A DNA stretch of 64,000 nucleotides from a virus. Its lineage: Duplodnaviria; Caudoviricetes. Positions 44,728 to 53,791 of this stretch are shown here, piece by piece (positions within the stretch are counted from its first letter, which is position 1; the number at the start of each line of letters is the position of its first letter). The translations under genes and the position numbers were made by a program. Below the pieces are notes generated by a model, which searched no databases, was not told the DNA's origin, and was given only the letters and a program-made list of their open reading frames with translations. The DNA lies in IMG/VR virus record IMGVR_UViG_3300005683_000011, positions 1,578 through 65,577 of that record; one strand, written 5' to 3'.

Positions 44728-45122
44728 ATGTTCTTCAGCTGATGGTGGCGGCGCATGACTGGCTCTCGGACCCCGAACATTGGTGCAAGGGTGACTTCGG
44801 GTTCGACAGCCGGGGCATGCGGCTTGGCCGGTGCGAGATGGCGAACGCTGTCAAGTGTTGTGCCATCGGCGCGCTGATGAAGTTCTCCTGCCTCGCTGGC
44901 AAGGAGCCAAACGGGATGGAGTACCTGCTCGCACGCAACCACCTGTGCAATGTGCTGGCCGATCACGTCAGTAGCTGGGCCAGCATCACGACGTACAACG
45001 ACAGCATCGCCGACCATGAGGCGTTGCTCAAGCTCTACAAACTGGCGATCAAGAAGCGAGAGGAGTGGGAGGTTGAACATGGGGAAGAAGAGAACCAGTC
45101 AAGCGATTACCGATGCGCTTAG
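44724..45122 (+). CDS. Hypothetical protein (paralog of 42550-42945)
   Basis: LSDPEHWCKG...CCAIGALMK...YNDSIADH. Confidence 0.65.
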   Translation: MNVLQLMVAAHDWLSDPEHWCKGDFGFDSRGMRLGRCEMANAVKCCAIGALMKFSCLAGKEPNGMEYLLARNHLCNVLADHVSSWASITTYNDSIADHEALLKLYKLAIKKREEWEVEHGEEENQSSDYRCA

Positions 45123-45411
45123 CAAGCACATCCCGCCCGTGATGCAGGAGATGATGGACCGCATCTCGAAGTCGCAGCATCACAAGGAGTGGCTGACGGT
45201 GTACGCCAACAACGCAGTGGGTGACATGCTCGACGTGGCCGGGCGCATCCTTGCCGACCAGAACAACCCTGACAAGTTGGGCGGCACTGCATTCAATATC
45301 AACGCGATCGTGTTGGCTGAACACTTCATAAAGTTCTGCCGAGAGATGGCTGAAGGTGGGCACCCGCCCACTAACTGGAGGGGTGAAGGCAGTGTCACAA
45401 ACGAATGGTGA
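45079..45411 (+). CDS. Hypothetical protein
   Basis: Start MGKKR with GGAGG RBS. Confidence 0.55.
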   Translation: MGKKRTSQAITDALSKHIPPVMQEMMDRISKSQHHKEWLTVYANNAVGDMLDVAGRILADQNNPDKLGGTAFNINAIVLAEHFIKFCREMAEGGHPPTNWRGEGSVTNEW

Positions 45412-45727
45412 TGACATCCGGGTGAAGATGCCAGGCTTATCCTTCGTCACTCCCGAGGAGCAGCTGCTTCAGATGCTGAAGCTGTCTGAGTCCATTGGCG
45501 CAAACAGGGACGATCCTGACCACTACACGACGCAGATCCTGATGCAATCCATACAGCTATCGGACCTGCTGATTGAGTTACACTACCACATTACCCATGG
45601 GGGTGTGTTACCCAGGCAGTGGTCATCTCCTATGCAGCGCCCTCGTTGGCATCGTGAACCCCCGACTGACCTGCGTAAGCGTGTCGAGGAGTTTGTTGAG
45701 CAAAGAAATCGCGAAGGAAAGATTTGA
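45392..45727 (+). CDS. Hypothetical protein
   Basis: Coupled to the ATPase by a TGA overlap. Confidence 0.5.
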   Translation: MSQTNGDDIRVKMPGLSFVTPEEQLLQMLKLSESIGANRDDPDHYTTQILMQSIQLSDLLIELHYHITHGGVLPRQWSSPMQRPRWHREPPTDLRKRVEEFVEQRNREGKI

Positions 45728-46827
45728 CGAAATCGTTCTGCGTGGTAGAATTGAATAGGTTCGAGATTCGCCACAAACCAAGGAGCTACAACGAGATGCG
45801 TCCGACTGAACTGAAGCTGGCCATTGGCCAGGTGTACAAGCGACTGTATGACAAGCACAATCGCTTCCGCCCAGTGTTGATTGAAGGGCCACCAGGCGTC
45901 GGTAAGACTGACATCGTGGGTCAGGTAGCGAAGGAGATGGGGGTTCAGTACCTGGAGGTGAACCTCACCTGCCACGACGCGGGCGACATCAAGTTCCCCA
46001 TCGTGAAGGGCGATGATGTGAAGTGGAGGAACTCCATCTTTCCCGAAGGTGACTGGGAGGGCATCTGCCTGATCGATGAACTGGGTCAGGCGGAGATGCC
46101 CGTGATGAAGGCGGTGTGCCAGGTCATCCATGCACGGATGATTGGGCAGACGCCGATCGCTCCCCGGTGCATGTTCGTCCTGTGTACCAACGGGCAGAAG
46201 GATCGGGCTGGTTCCTCACGCATCATCACCCCTGTCCTCAGCCGCTGCGTGCGTTACCAGTTCGAGTGCAACCTCAACGACTGGACTGAGTGGGCCAACG
46301 TCAATGCCGTTGACCACCGCATCATCAGCTTCCTCCAGTGGAAGCCGAGCCTGCTGCACCAGTTCGATGCCGACCGTGCGGAGTTGCCGTTCCCATGCCC
46401 CCGGACCTGGCACCTAGCCAGTGACATGGCGCAGTCAGTGCAGGATTCCTTGCTGCTCAACTCCATCAAGGGATGCGTTGGTGAGGCGGCAGGCAACGAG
46501 TGCTATGGCTTCCTCGAAATCTGCGATGCTTGCGAGGTGAAGTACCCCATCCGCAAGATCCTCAGCAACCCCGACGACGTGCCTGTCCCTCGCCTCAGTG
46601 AGGGCGCAATCCTCTGGGCCATGGGCGGTGCGCTGGCTGAGCAGTGCAAGCAGAAGAAGAGGGCCATCACCCACAACTGCATGCGGTATGCCATGCGTAT
46701 GCCGTTGGAGTTCGCAAGCTACGCCGTTCGTTCTATCATCCAGTCCGGCGGATCGATGGATGCGATGACCGCGCCGGGCGCTTCCAAGTTCATCGACGCC
46801 AACAAGAACATCATCCTCGCTGTGTAG
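45724..46827 (+). CDS. MoxR/dynein-related AAA+ ATPase
   Basis: GPPGVGKT, LIDE, TN...DRAG...P..SR and PCPRTW motifs. Confidence 0.9.
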   Translation: MTKSFCVVELNRFEIRHKPRSYNEMRPTELKLAIGQVYKRLYDKHNRFRPVLIEGPPGVGKTDIVGQVAKEMGVQYLEVNLTCHDAGDIKFPIVKGDDVKWRNSIFPEGDWEGICLIDELGQAEMPVMKAVCQVIHARMIGQTPIAPRCMFVLCTNGQKDRAGSSRIITPVLSRCVRYQFECNLNDWTEWANVNAVDHRIISFLQWKPSLLHQFDADRAELPFPCPRTWHLASDMAQSVQDSLLLNSIKGCVGEAAGNECYGFLEICDACEVKYPIRKILSNPDDVPVPRLSEGAILWAMGGALAEQCKQKKRAITHNCMRYAMRMPLEFASYAVRSIIQSGGSMDAMTAPGASKFIDANKNIILAV

Positions 46828-46840
46828 CGAGGGGTTCACG

Positions 46841-47689
46841 TTGGACAACTGGAGTATCACCATGACTGGCTCGATCCGTTTGGATGGCAGCGTTCTCTTC
46901 TGGACCCTGAGCAAGGACAGCGTGCGGCAGACCATCATCGACGGCTGGACCGCTGTCGGTGGGGGATGGGGCAAGATGGCCCCGAAGGAACGGACACCTG
47001 AAGCGTGCCTGCGTGACGCCTTGACCGATCGGTTTCCCAAGGCTTTGATCCGCCCGTTGGAGAAGAAGGATGGCTTCGCTGTCCTTCAGGAGGTGCGTTA
47101 CCGCGACGACGTGCAGACGGCATGCACCCACGCTGTCGCCTTCGATGGCAGCGGGAACATCGACATCCGCCGGGGGTTCACGACGACGCTGGAGATGGAA
47201 CTACGGGAGTCCTACAACAGGCAGCGCGCCATCCTCAAGCCGAGCCAGGTGGCGACGAGCCTCGTCGGCATCCTCTCCCACCTGAACGCCGTCGTTCTGC
47301 GGCCCACAGGTGGCATCTACTGGCTCCCGGACGCGAGCCTGTCCATCTGGCAGGAACTGGCCGACGTGGTGCAGGCGGCAGGCGTAGGCGGTCGCAACGC
47401 CATCTACCGCATCACCCACACGTTCGACGCCGAGAGTGTGCGGGCTGTGCGTGACGCCGTGCTGGCCGAGGCTGACCGTGAGGCGGCGGAGATCATCAAG
47501 GATGTGGACAGCGGGGAACTGGGCGAGCGGGCGCTGAAGTCTCGGGCTGACCAGGCCGACCGGCTCAAGCTGAAGGTGCAGGAGTACGAGCGTATCCTCA
47601 ACGAGTCCTTGGGTACGGCAACGGAGATCGCCGAGCGTGCGGGGCACGTCGCTACCGCAGCGAAGATCATAGCAACCGCAGCTGCGTGA
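46841..47689 (+). CDS. Conserved phage hypothetical protein between ATPase and vWA genes
   Basis: LRPTGGIYWLP motif and helical C-terminus. Confidence 0.7.
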   Translation: MDNWSITMTGSIRLDGSVLFWTLSKDSVRQTIIDGWTAVGGGWGKMAPKERTPEACLRDALTDRFPKALIRPLEKKDGFAVLQEVRYRDDVQTACTHAVAFDGSGNIDIRRGFTTTLEMELRESYNRQRAILKPSQVATSLVGILSHLNAVVLRPTGGIYWLPDASLSIWQELADVVQAAGVGGRNAIYRITHTFDAESVRAVRDAVLAEADREAAEIIKDVDSGELGERALKSRADQADRLKLKVQEYERILNESLGTATEIAERAGHVATAAKIIATAAA

Positions 47690-47883
47690 GGTGCAACGTG
47701 ACCGTGTTCGTTCTGTGGTTCGCGAACTACGACGACAACGCATTACTTGGGGTGTTCAGCAGCATGCAGCTGGCTGAGGAGGCAAAGTCGAAGTACGCCA
47801 TCCACTTCAAGGAAATCGAGAAGGATGTCCATGAGGCGTCCATGTTCATCGACGAGTTCTGTGTCAACCAGCTACACGTTTGA
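47686..47883 (+). CDS. Small hypothetical protein
   Basis: V.VL......LLGVFSS...AE pattern. Confidence 0.55.
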   Translation: MRCNVTVFVLWFANYDDNALLGVFSSMQLAEEAKSKYAIHFKEIEKDVHEASMFIDEFCVNQLHV

Positions 47884-47889
47884 AGGACA

Positions 47890-48095
47890 TGGGGACAAGA
47901 CGGCAGCGGTGACTGGCCACGAAATCCAGGCTGCCGTCCCCCCAGATACACGATGGAGCATCACCTCTGGGACGCGGGTGATGCACGCCGGGGGCACGTT
48001 GCCCCCGGCGGTGATACATCGGGGCAGGTAACGGCACACGCCTGACCCCATGTCGGGGAGGGGGAGCATGATGCGAACCCTCCCCGTGATACACC
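47890..48095 (+). ncRNA. Candidate structured RNA: hairpin array with GATACA linkers
   Basis: Five strong stems (8-11 bp) and GATACA at 47945, 48013 and 48088. Confidence 0.6.
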
Positions 48096-48108
48096 TGGAG
48101 AACGCACG

Positions 48109-49512
48109 ATGGTCATTGACAAGCAGCTGCTTGCTGAGCAAGGGCTGGCAGCATACAGTGCAACCCGCGCAAGGATGGTCAGCTTCAAGATCCCTGGCGT
48201 TGGCAAGCCGGCCACGGTGTTCTTCACGCAGCTGACCTTGAGGCTGGAGCCGGTGGTTGATTGGGAGCAGAAGACGGCGGGCACCGATGGTGAGAAGGTG
48301 TACTTCAACCCGCAGTGGTTCCTCTCCCTGAGCCAGGCGCACCGCTTCACGATCATCGCCCATGAGGGATACCATCCTGCGATGGGGCACCATGCCAGGC
48401 AGGGTGACAGGGAGCATGAGGATTGGAACATCGCCTGCGATCTGGCGATCAACCCCGTCCTCATGGAGTCAGGGTTCGAGATGCCAAGCAATGCGATGTG
48501 TGCTGGCGTTGGGAAGTACAAGAACTTCCCCGTGGGTCTGAACGCTGAGACCTACTACGACATGATCCGGAAACCCAAACAGCAAGGGGGCGGCGGTGGT
48601 GAACAAAGGGGTAAAGGCGAAGCAAATCCTGAAGGCGCAGGAGGCAGCGGATCTGGAGAGGGCGAAGGTGAGGAACACGATGACGATGATCGAGCAGACG
48701 ACTCGCCTGATGTGGGAGGAGGATCTGAGGGGGATCAGGGGGGCGACGGAGAACCCTCACCTGATGGTGATGGAGGTGGGCCGGGCGAGTGTCCCGATCC
48801 CGGAGGTTGCGGCGGAGTTATGCCCAAGCCAAGGGCAACCCAACCCGACCTGAAAGCGGACGAAGACAAGTGGAAGGTTGCTGTCGCCCAAGCAGCTCAG
48901 ACTGCCAAGCAGATCGGCCAGCTACACGGTCAGCTTGAGCGCCATGTGGAGGAGGTACTCAAACCGAAGTACGATTGTTGGGCTATCCTCCACAACTTCG
49001 TAAGCCAGTTCGCCAAGGTCGAGCAGTCGTATGCCAGACCGAACCGTCGCTTCCTGCAACAGGGCATCATCATGCCGACGCTCAGCGGGCAGAAGCTGGG
49101 CGAGTTGTTGGTTGCGGTGGATTGTTCCGGGTCGATCAGCCAAGACGATCTCGATGTCTTCGCTGGCAACCTGGAAACCATAGCCGAGATGTACGAGTGC
49201 AAGCTGTGCATCGTGTACCACGACATCCCGGTCACGCGAGTCGAGCATTGGGAGCCGAGCGATGGACCACTGAAGCTGCGTCCTCACGGGGGCGGCGGCA
49301 CCTCCCACGTTGATGTCATGGATTGGCTTAACCGATACAGCAGGGATAGCGCGCACGATCCGCAGTGTATCGTGGCGTTTACCGATCTGTACACGCAGTT
49401 CCCGGAGAAGCAGCCGGACCTGCCCGTGCTATGGGGTGTGTACGGTACGGAGTCCCCGTACTACAAGCGTCCCAAGGCACCTTGGGGGACGGTGTGTGAG
49501 ATCAGGAACTAG
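48109..49512 (+). CDS. DUF2201-like metallopeptidase plus vWA domain protein
   Basis: TAGTDG, HEGYH, WNIACDLAIN, acidic Gly linker, VDCSGS MIDAS, GGGGT. Confidence 0.9.
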   Translation: MVIDKQLLAEQGLAAYSATRARMVSFKIPGVGKPATVFFTQLTLRLEPVVDWEQKTAGTDGEKVYFNPQWFLSLSQAHRFTIIAHEGYHPAMGHHARQGDREHEDWNIACDLAINPVLMESGFEMPSNAMCAGVGKYKNFPVGLNAETYYDMIRKPKQQGGGGGEQRGKGEANPEGAGGSGSGEGEGEEHDDDDRADDSPDVGGGSEGDQGGDGEPSPDGDGGGPGECPDPGGCGGVMPKPRATQPDLKADEDKWKVAVAQAAQTAKQIGQLHGQLERHVEEVLKPKYDCWAILHNFVSQFAKVEQSYARPNRRFLQQGIIMPTLSGQKLGELLVAVDCSGSISQDDLDVFAGNLETIAEMYECKLCIVYHDIPVTRVEHWEPSDGPLKLRPHGGGGTSHVDVMDWLNRYSRDSAHDPQCIVAFTDLYTQFPEKQPDLPVLWGVYGTESPYYKRPKAPWGTVCEIRN

Positions 49513-49527
49513 CACCAAGGAGTACCT

Positions 49528-49911
49528 ATGTCACTGAACAAGGAACAGAAGGAGACGAAGGCGGAACTGCTGAAGAAGATCAAGGCGGCGCAGGCCGATC
49601 TTGAGCATGAGGTGACAATGTACAACACGGTGGTGAGCGAGGCACACCAGAGCCTCGAAGCCAGCATCGAGTTGTACAACGCCTTGTGCCTGGAAGTTGA
49701 GGAGTTCATCCAAGACGCAGCAGAATCCGCAAGCGTTGAGCTATCGTCCACCAGCGGGGATGACGCTGACAAACTGTCAGCGTGGATCAACTGCTGGACC
49801 AGTGTCGAGTGTATGAGGCAGTCGCCGATCTGTTCACCCGAAGAGGTTGACACAGATTGCGACGGGTTCTCTGTTCTGGATCAGCTACCCGACACGGTGG
49901 AGGATGTGTGA
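49528..49911 (+). CDS. Acidic helical hypothetical protein
   Basis: AGGAG RBS; coiled coil. Confidence 0.6.
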   Translation: MSLNKEQKETKAELLKKIKAAQADLEHEVTMYNTVVSEAHQSLEASIELYNALCLEVEEFIQDAAESASVELSSTSGDDADKLSAWINCWTSVECMRQSPICSPEEVDTDCDGFSVLDQLPDTVEDV

Positions 49912-50195
49912 CGCTCTACTATGTCTTCCGCCTGTGCGACAGGAGGACATACCGGGCGGCGATGAAGCAGCTGGCGAAGGAGTCACAACTCTTCCGTGAG
50001 ATGTGGTCCAACGCCACTGGCAAGTCGGCGAGAGAGTTGGATCGCTTGGCACTGGCTGACCTTGCCGATGACCTGTCCCATCCATGGGTTGCCCAGTTCA
50101 TCCGCAACATGATGTCAACCAGGCGATCCGACAGCTACCCCGAGCGGGCCAAGCGTGCGAAGGCGTACAAGAAACGCAAGGCTCTCAAGAAGTGA
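49908..50195 (+). CDS. Basic hypothetical protein
   Basis: GTGA coupling. Confidence 0.5.
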   Translation: MTLYYVFRLCDRRTYRAAMKQLAKESQLFREMWSNATGKSARELDRLALADLADDLSHPWVAQFIRNMMSTRRSDSYPERAKRAKAYKKRKALKK

Positions 50196-50219
50196 TCGCC
50201 CTTACCAACGGAGGTTCAG

Positions 50220-50561
50220 ATGGCTGATGAGAATGGTTCGGTCCACCTGAAGGTGAAGGTGGCGCAGGAGAATGGCGGTGAGCGTGAAGTCAACCTCATC
50301 GAAGAGACTACGTTCGCCACGCTGGTCAGGGAGGAACTGGGCAAGGCGCGCGGCTCGACGGGCTACAACTACCCGCCGATGAACAGCCTGCATGAGGGCT
50401 ACGCCGTCATCCTCGAAGAGGTCGAGGAGTTCTGGGACATCTGCAAGCTGAAGCCGGCGAAGCGTGATCGTGCCCACCTGCTCAAGGAACTGGTGCAGAT
50501 TTCGGCGATGGCGCAACGGACGGCAGAGGATCTGGGGTTGGATCTTCAGGAGCCGAAGTAA
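50220..50561 (+). CDS. MazG-like all-alpha NTP pyrophosphohydrolase
   Basis: HEGYAVILEEVEEFW...ELVQISAM. Confidence 0.7.
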   Translation: MADENGSVHLKVKVAQENGGEREVNLIEETTFATLVREELGKARGSTGYNYPPMNSLHEGYAVILEEVEEFWDICKLKPAKRDRAHLLKELVQISAMAQRTAEDLGLDLQEPK

Positions 50562-51043
50562 TGCCTTGGGTGTGGCAAGATAACCCCAAGGAAACGAACA
50601 GGTATCTGGCCAACAGGATGGACCCTGTTGGCTGGATAGTAGCCTTGGGTGATTTCCTCGATGAGGAGATCAGCCTTGTGGAGGTTGCTCTCCTGCTGAA
50701 GGAGGTGCAATACATCCACTACTATCACTTGCTCCTCTCACTTCGGGAGGAGCTAACGAGGGTCACGGAGTATCAACGTGGTTCGATCATTCATGAGCAT
50801 GGCAAACCCTGTCCCCTCTGCGGAAGGAGGTGTGCCTGCGCCAGCGGGTCGCTTCGAGTTGCCCCCGCCGACGCAAGTGCTGGGCGGTCGGGGGTACAAG
50901 GTTCTGGCGGGGCCGATCGCCTCGATCCCAACGCCGACGTTCGACCCCATCCTCAGCCAGGTGACGACGAGGTGGGAGTTGCTGACAAGGGAACTGGCTG
51001 CCATCTACCTGTGCCAGATGAAGGCGAACCGCAACCGGGTTGA
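50561..51043 (+). CDS. Hypothetical protein (3' part overlaps the next gene)
   Basis: TAATG coupling; only the first ~78 codons are non-overlapping. Confidence 0.35.
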   Translation: MPWVWQDNPKETNRYLANRMDPVGWIVALGDFLDEEISLVEVALLLKEVQYIHYYHLLLSLREELTRVTEYQRGSIIHEHGKPCPLCGRRCACASGSLRVAPADASAGRSGVQGSGGADRLDPNADVRPHPQPGDDEVGVADKGTGCHLPVPDEGEPQPG

Positions 51044-51836
51044 GGCGTTGGTCAAGCGGTACGCCAACGATATGTTCCGAGGCTTCTGGCCGGTCACTCA
51101 TCAAGGCATCGCCTTCGATGTCGAGAACGAGATGATCGACGGGCAGCACCGATGTTGGGCGACGTACCTATCGAACTACTCGCACTGGGTACAAGTGACC
51201 CGTGGCCTGCCCCTCGCCGCAATGGATGCCATGGACAAAGGGTACATCCGCACGGCGGCTCACTCGCTACAGATCAAGCAGCACAAGTTCGGGACGAGCC
51301 GCGCTGTCGCTGTCGCCCGACGCATGGTTGGCGGTCCAACGCGAATGGGGCGCAAGAGCAAGCTCAGCGATGCGGCCCTGTATGAGTTCATGGATGTCCA
51401 CTACGACGCCTTGTCGTTTGCCCTGGACATCTCGGACAAGCACCACACGCCGGCCCCGATCTGTGCGTGCATTGCCCGAGCGTCCTACCACGTTCCGCTG
51501 GAAAAGCTGAAGCGGTTTGTTGATGTCGTTGAGGAGCGCATCAAGCCTTGGGAGATGACGCCAAACGATGAGCCGGCCAACGCCTTGTACAAGAGGCGCA
51601 ACCACGCTGGCGGCAACAAGGGCAGCAGTGAGATCGTCAGCTGCGAGTGGTATCAGCTGACGCAGGAGGCAATCAGGTCGATGATGTCCGGCAGGAACAA
51701 GAAGGATCTGCGAGGTGGTGTCACTGAGGACATCTTCCCCCTGCCCAAGAAGGTTGATGGTATTGCCAACAACCTCCCCGGCTTGGAGTCCGGGCTGCCA
51801 ACGATGGAAGAACTGCGTAAGCAGTGTGGCGTTTAA
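50793..51836 (+). CDS. ParB/Srx-like DGQHR domain protein
   Basis: NR......V..YA.DM..G.W....I.F......IDGQHR. Confidence 0.85.
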   Translation: MSMANPVPSAEGGVPAPAGRFELPPPTQVLGGRGYKVLAGPIASIPTPTFDPILSQVTTRWELLTRELAAIYLCQMKANRNRVEALVKRYANDMFRGFWPVTHQGIAFDVENEMIDGQHRCWATYLSNYSHWVQVTRGLPLAAMDAMDKGYIRTAAHSLQIKQHKFGTSRAVAVARRMVGGPTRMGRKSKLSDAALYEFMDVHYDALSFALDISDKHHTPAPICACIARASYHVPLEKLKRFVDVVEERIKPWEMTPNDEPANALYKRRNHAGGNKGSSEIVSCEWYQLTQEAIRSMMSGRNKKDLRGGVTEDIFPLPKKVDGIANNLPGLESGLPTMEELRKQCGV

Positions 51837-51847
51837 CCTTCTCCCTC

Positions 51848-51878
51848 GCTGGGCGATCGCCCCGCCCAGCTTCCTGTT
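51848..51878 (+). terminator. Possible weak terminator
   Basis: GCTGGGCG/CGCCCAGC followed by TTCCTGTT. Confidence 0.4.
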
Positions 51879-51900
51879 CCATTACACCAAAGGTACTGCA

Positions 51901-52500
51901 ATGACTGAGACTATCACGAAGAAGAAGCCTTCCCTGAAGAAGAAGCAGAAGAACTACCTCACCCCCGGCGACGTGTCGAAGCTGCTGGAGGTGGCACCCC
52001 GTACCGTGGCGAAGTGGTGCGACAGCGGCAAGCTCCTCCACTTCCGCCTGCCCACGTCTACCCTGAGCAATGACAACGGCGACCGTCGCATCCGGCATGA
52101 CGATCTGGTCACGTTCCTGCGCAACCACAAGTTCGACCACCGACTCATCCGCCAGCTGGCACCCATCGCCATCTTCGCATCGACGGATGAGCGACTGAAG
52201 AACGAGGTGGGCCAGCAGGTGGGCATCGCCCCGTGCAGTGACTTCATCGACATCGGCATCGAGATGCGCATTCCCTGGAACGCGGCCATCGTTGACTGCA
52301 CCTTGGGCGGATCGGCTGAGTGCGCGGCGGCTGTCTCGCGTCTGTCGCAGCATGGTGCCCCCGTGCTGTTCATCGTCGCTGAGGATAGCCCGCTGACGGC
52401 GACGACGATGTACGATGTGATCCAGCGCCCCGTCACGTCGGACCAGCTGGTGGCCTGGCTGAAGTCGAAGGGAGGCAAGCTCAATGGAGCTACCAGCTGA
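51901..52500 (+). CDS. MerR/Xis-type HTH regulator with a degenerate receiver-like domain
   Basis: LTPGDVSKLLEVAPRTVAKWCDSGKL..FRLP...DRRI....L..FL..H. Confidence 0.8.
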   Translation: MTETITKKKPSLKKKQKNYLTPGDVSKLLEVAPRTVAKWCDSGKLLHFRLPTSTLSNDNGDRRIRHDDLVTFLRNHKFDHRLIRQLAPIAIFASTDERLKNEVGQQVGIAPCSDFIDIGIEMRIPWNAAIVDCTLGGSAECAAAVSRLSQHGAPVLFIVAEDSPLTATTMYDVIQRPVTSDQLVAWLKSKGGKLNGATS

Positions 52501-52732
52501 CATGATCGATCAGCTGCTGGCTTCTAGGAAGGATGGAGGGGACACGATCGATAGTGTCCTCTCCCTCATGGGGAAGGTGAAAGAGTACGGCACCCTCCTC
52601 GAACGACTGCGTATCGGCGCTCGTATATGGAAGCTGGCCGACATGAAGACAATCAAAGGAACACCAACCGCAACAATGCTCAAGCGACTCGCCAATCAGG
52701 TGATCGATGGGCAAGAGGAGTATGGAATCTGA
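52484..52732 (+). CDS. Hypothetical protein
   Basis: Coupled ORF. Confidence 0.5.
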   Translation: MELPADMIDQLLASRKDGGDTIDSVLSLMGKVKEYGTLLERLRIGARIWKLADMKTIKGTPTATMLKRLANQVIDGQEEYGI

Positions 52733-52968
52733 TGTACCTGATTCTGAAGAAACACCCCGGTCGCAGCATCCAGACTGGGCGCATTGACCTGAACCAGAGG
52801 TTCCTTGAGACGGTGTACAACGAGGAAGTCACCGTCATCCGACTGCATGAAGGGCTGTTCCAACGGCTGGCCCCGAAGGTCCGCGTCACTGAGGATGAGA
52901 CGGGCCTGACAAGGGTGTACGTTGAGGAGTGGCGGAACTACGTTCGCAACCTGCACGAAAGGGGCTGA
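52732..52968 (+). CDS. Hypothetical protein
   Basis: TGATG coupling; start MYLIL. Confidence 0.5.
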   Translation: MYLILKKHPGRSIQTGRIDLNQRFLETVYNEEVTVIRLHEGLFQRLAPKVRVTEDETGLTRVYVEEWRNYVRNLHERG

Positions 52969-52971
52969 TCG

Positions 52972-53232
52972 ATGGATGGCTTGGTGAAGCAGTTCCGCAG
53001 CAACATGCGGCGTGAGATCATCGTCCTCCTTGACCGCGACATGGATGCGCTCGATAGCCTGTACTCCACGCTTGGTATCTCGCCTCTGCCAAACGAACTG
53101 AGCGCCCTCCGTCAGTACGTCGCTAAGTTGCGGCGTCAACTGGTAGACTGGGACAAGAATGAGGAGATGCGCAATGTCATTGAGGGAATTGCAAGCAGCC
53201 GAAGCAATACTCCGCGAGGCGATGGAGGATAA
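52972..53232 (+). CDS. Hypothetical protein
   Basis: Helical small ORF. Confidence 0.5.
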   Translation: MDGLVKQFRSNMRREIIVLLDRDMDALDSLYSTLGISPLPNELSALRQYVAKLRRQLVDWDKNEEMRNVIEGIASSRSNTPRGDGG

Positions 53233-53791
53233 GCCTCGCGACCTGACCGTGAACATGACGGAGCAGACCATCACCATCACACGGAAGGATTACTTCGATC
53301 TCACGGCGAAGATCGGTTCGCTCAGGAAGAACCTCCTTAGCACCGTCCAAATGGTGCGGGACAATCACAACCTCCTGACGAAGCTGGGCGATAGCAATGA
53401 AGCCTTCGCTGCTGGCGAGAAGTACGGCGCGATGCGTGAGCGGGCCGAGCTATGTGCTTACATGGAAGAGGCCATCGCCAGTATCGAGAAGGAGTTGGTA
53501 AGTGAGCGGGCAGCTAGCGGCGCATGCAACTCGCTGAAGATCATCCACTTCGAGCGGTTCATCCTTGTGTTCGAGACGATGTTCAAGGTTCTGATGGAAC
53601 ACAAATTCTACCCGCTCAACCGGAAGGTCATCAAAATGCCACGATGGCAACAGGGCCAGGCATTCCCTGAGTTCCCAAGGCTCGACAAGGGAGGCAGGGA
53701 TGGCAACACGCACACCGTTGGCAAGAAGCTGCCGACTGCCAACGAGATCAGTGAATCCATGTTCGGCAGTGCGAGGGACTACGATGGCTGA
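53222..53791 (+). CDS. Hypothetical coiled-coil protein
   Basis: Start MEDKP suggested by a GAGG RBS. Confidence 0.5.
   Translation: MEDKPRDLTVNMTEQTITITRKDYFDLTAKIGSLRKNLLSTVQMVRDNHNLLTKLGDSNEAFAAGEKYGAMRERAELCAYMEEAIASIEKELVSERAASGACNSLKIIHFERFILVFETMFKVLMEHKFYPLNRKVIKMPRWQQGQAFPEFPRLDKGGRDGNTHTVGKKLPTANEISESMFGSARDYDG

Noticed and set aside
47953-48045. 30-codon ORF inside the hairpin array
   Set aside because: No RBS, and its composition is dictated by the GC-rich stems; not excluded as a leader peptide but unsupported.
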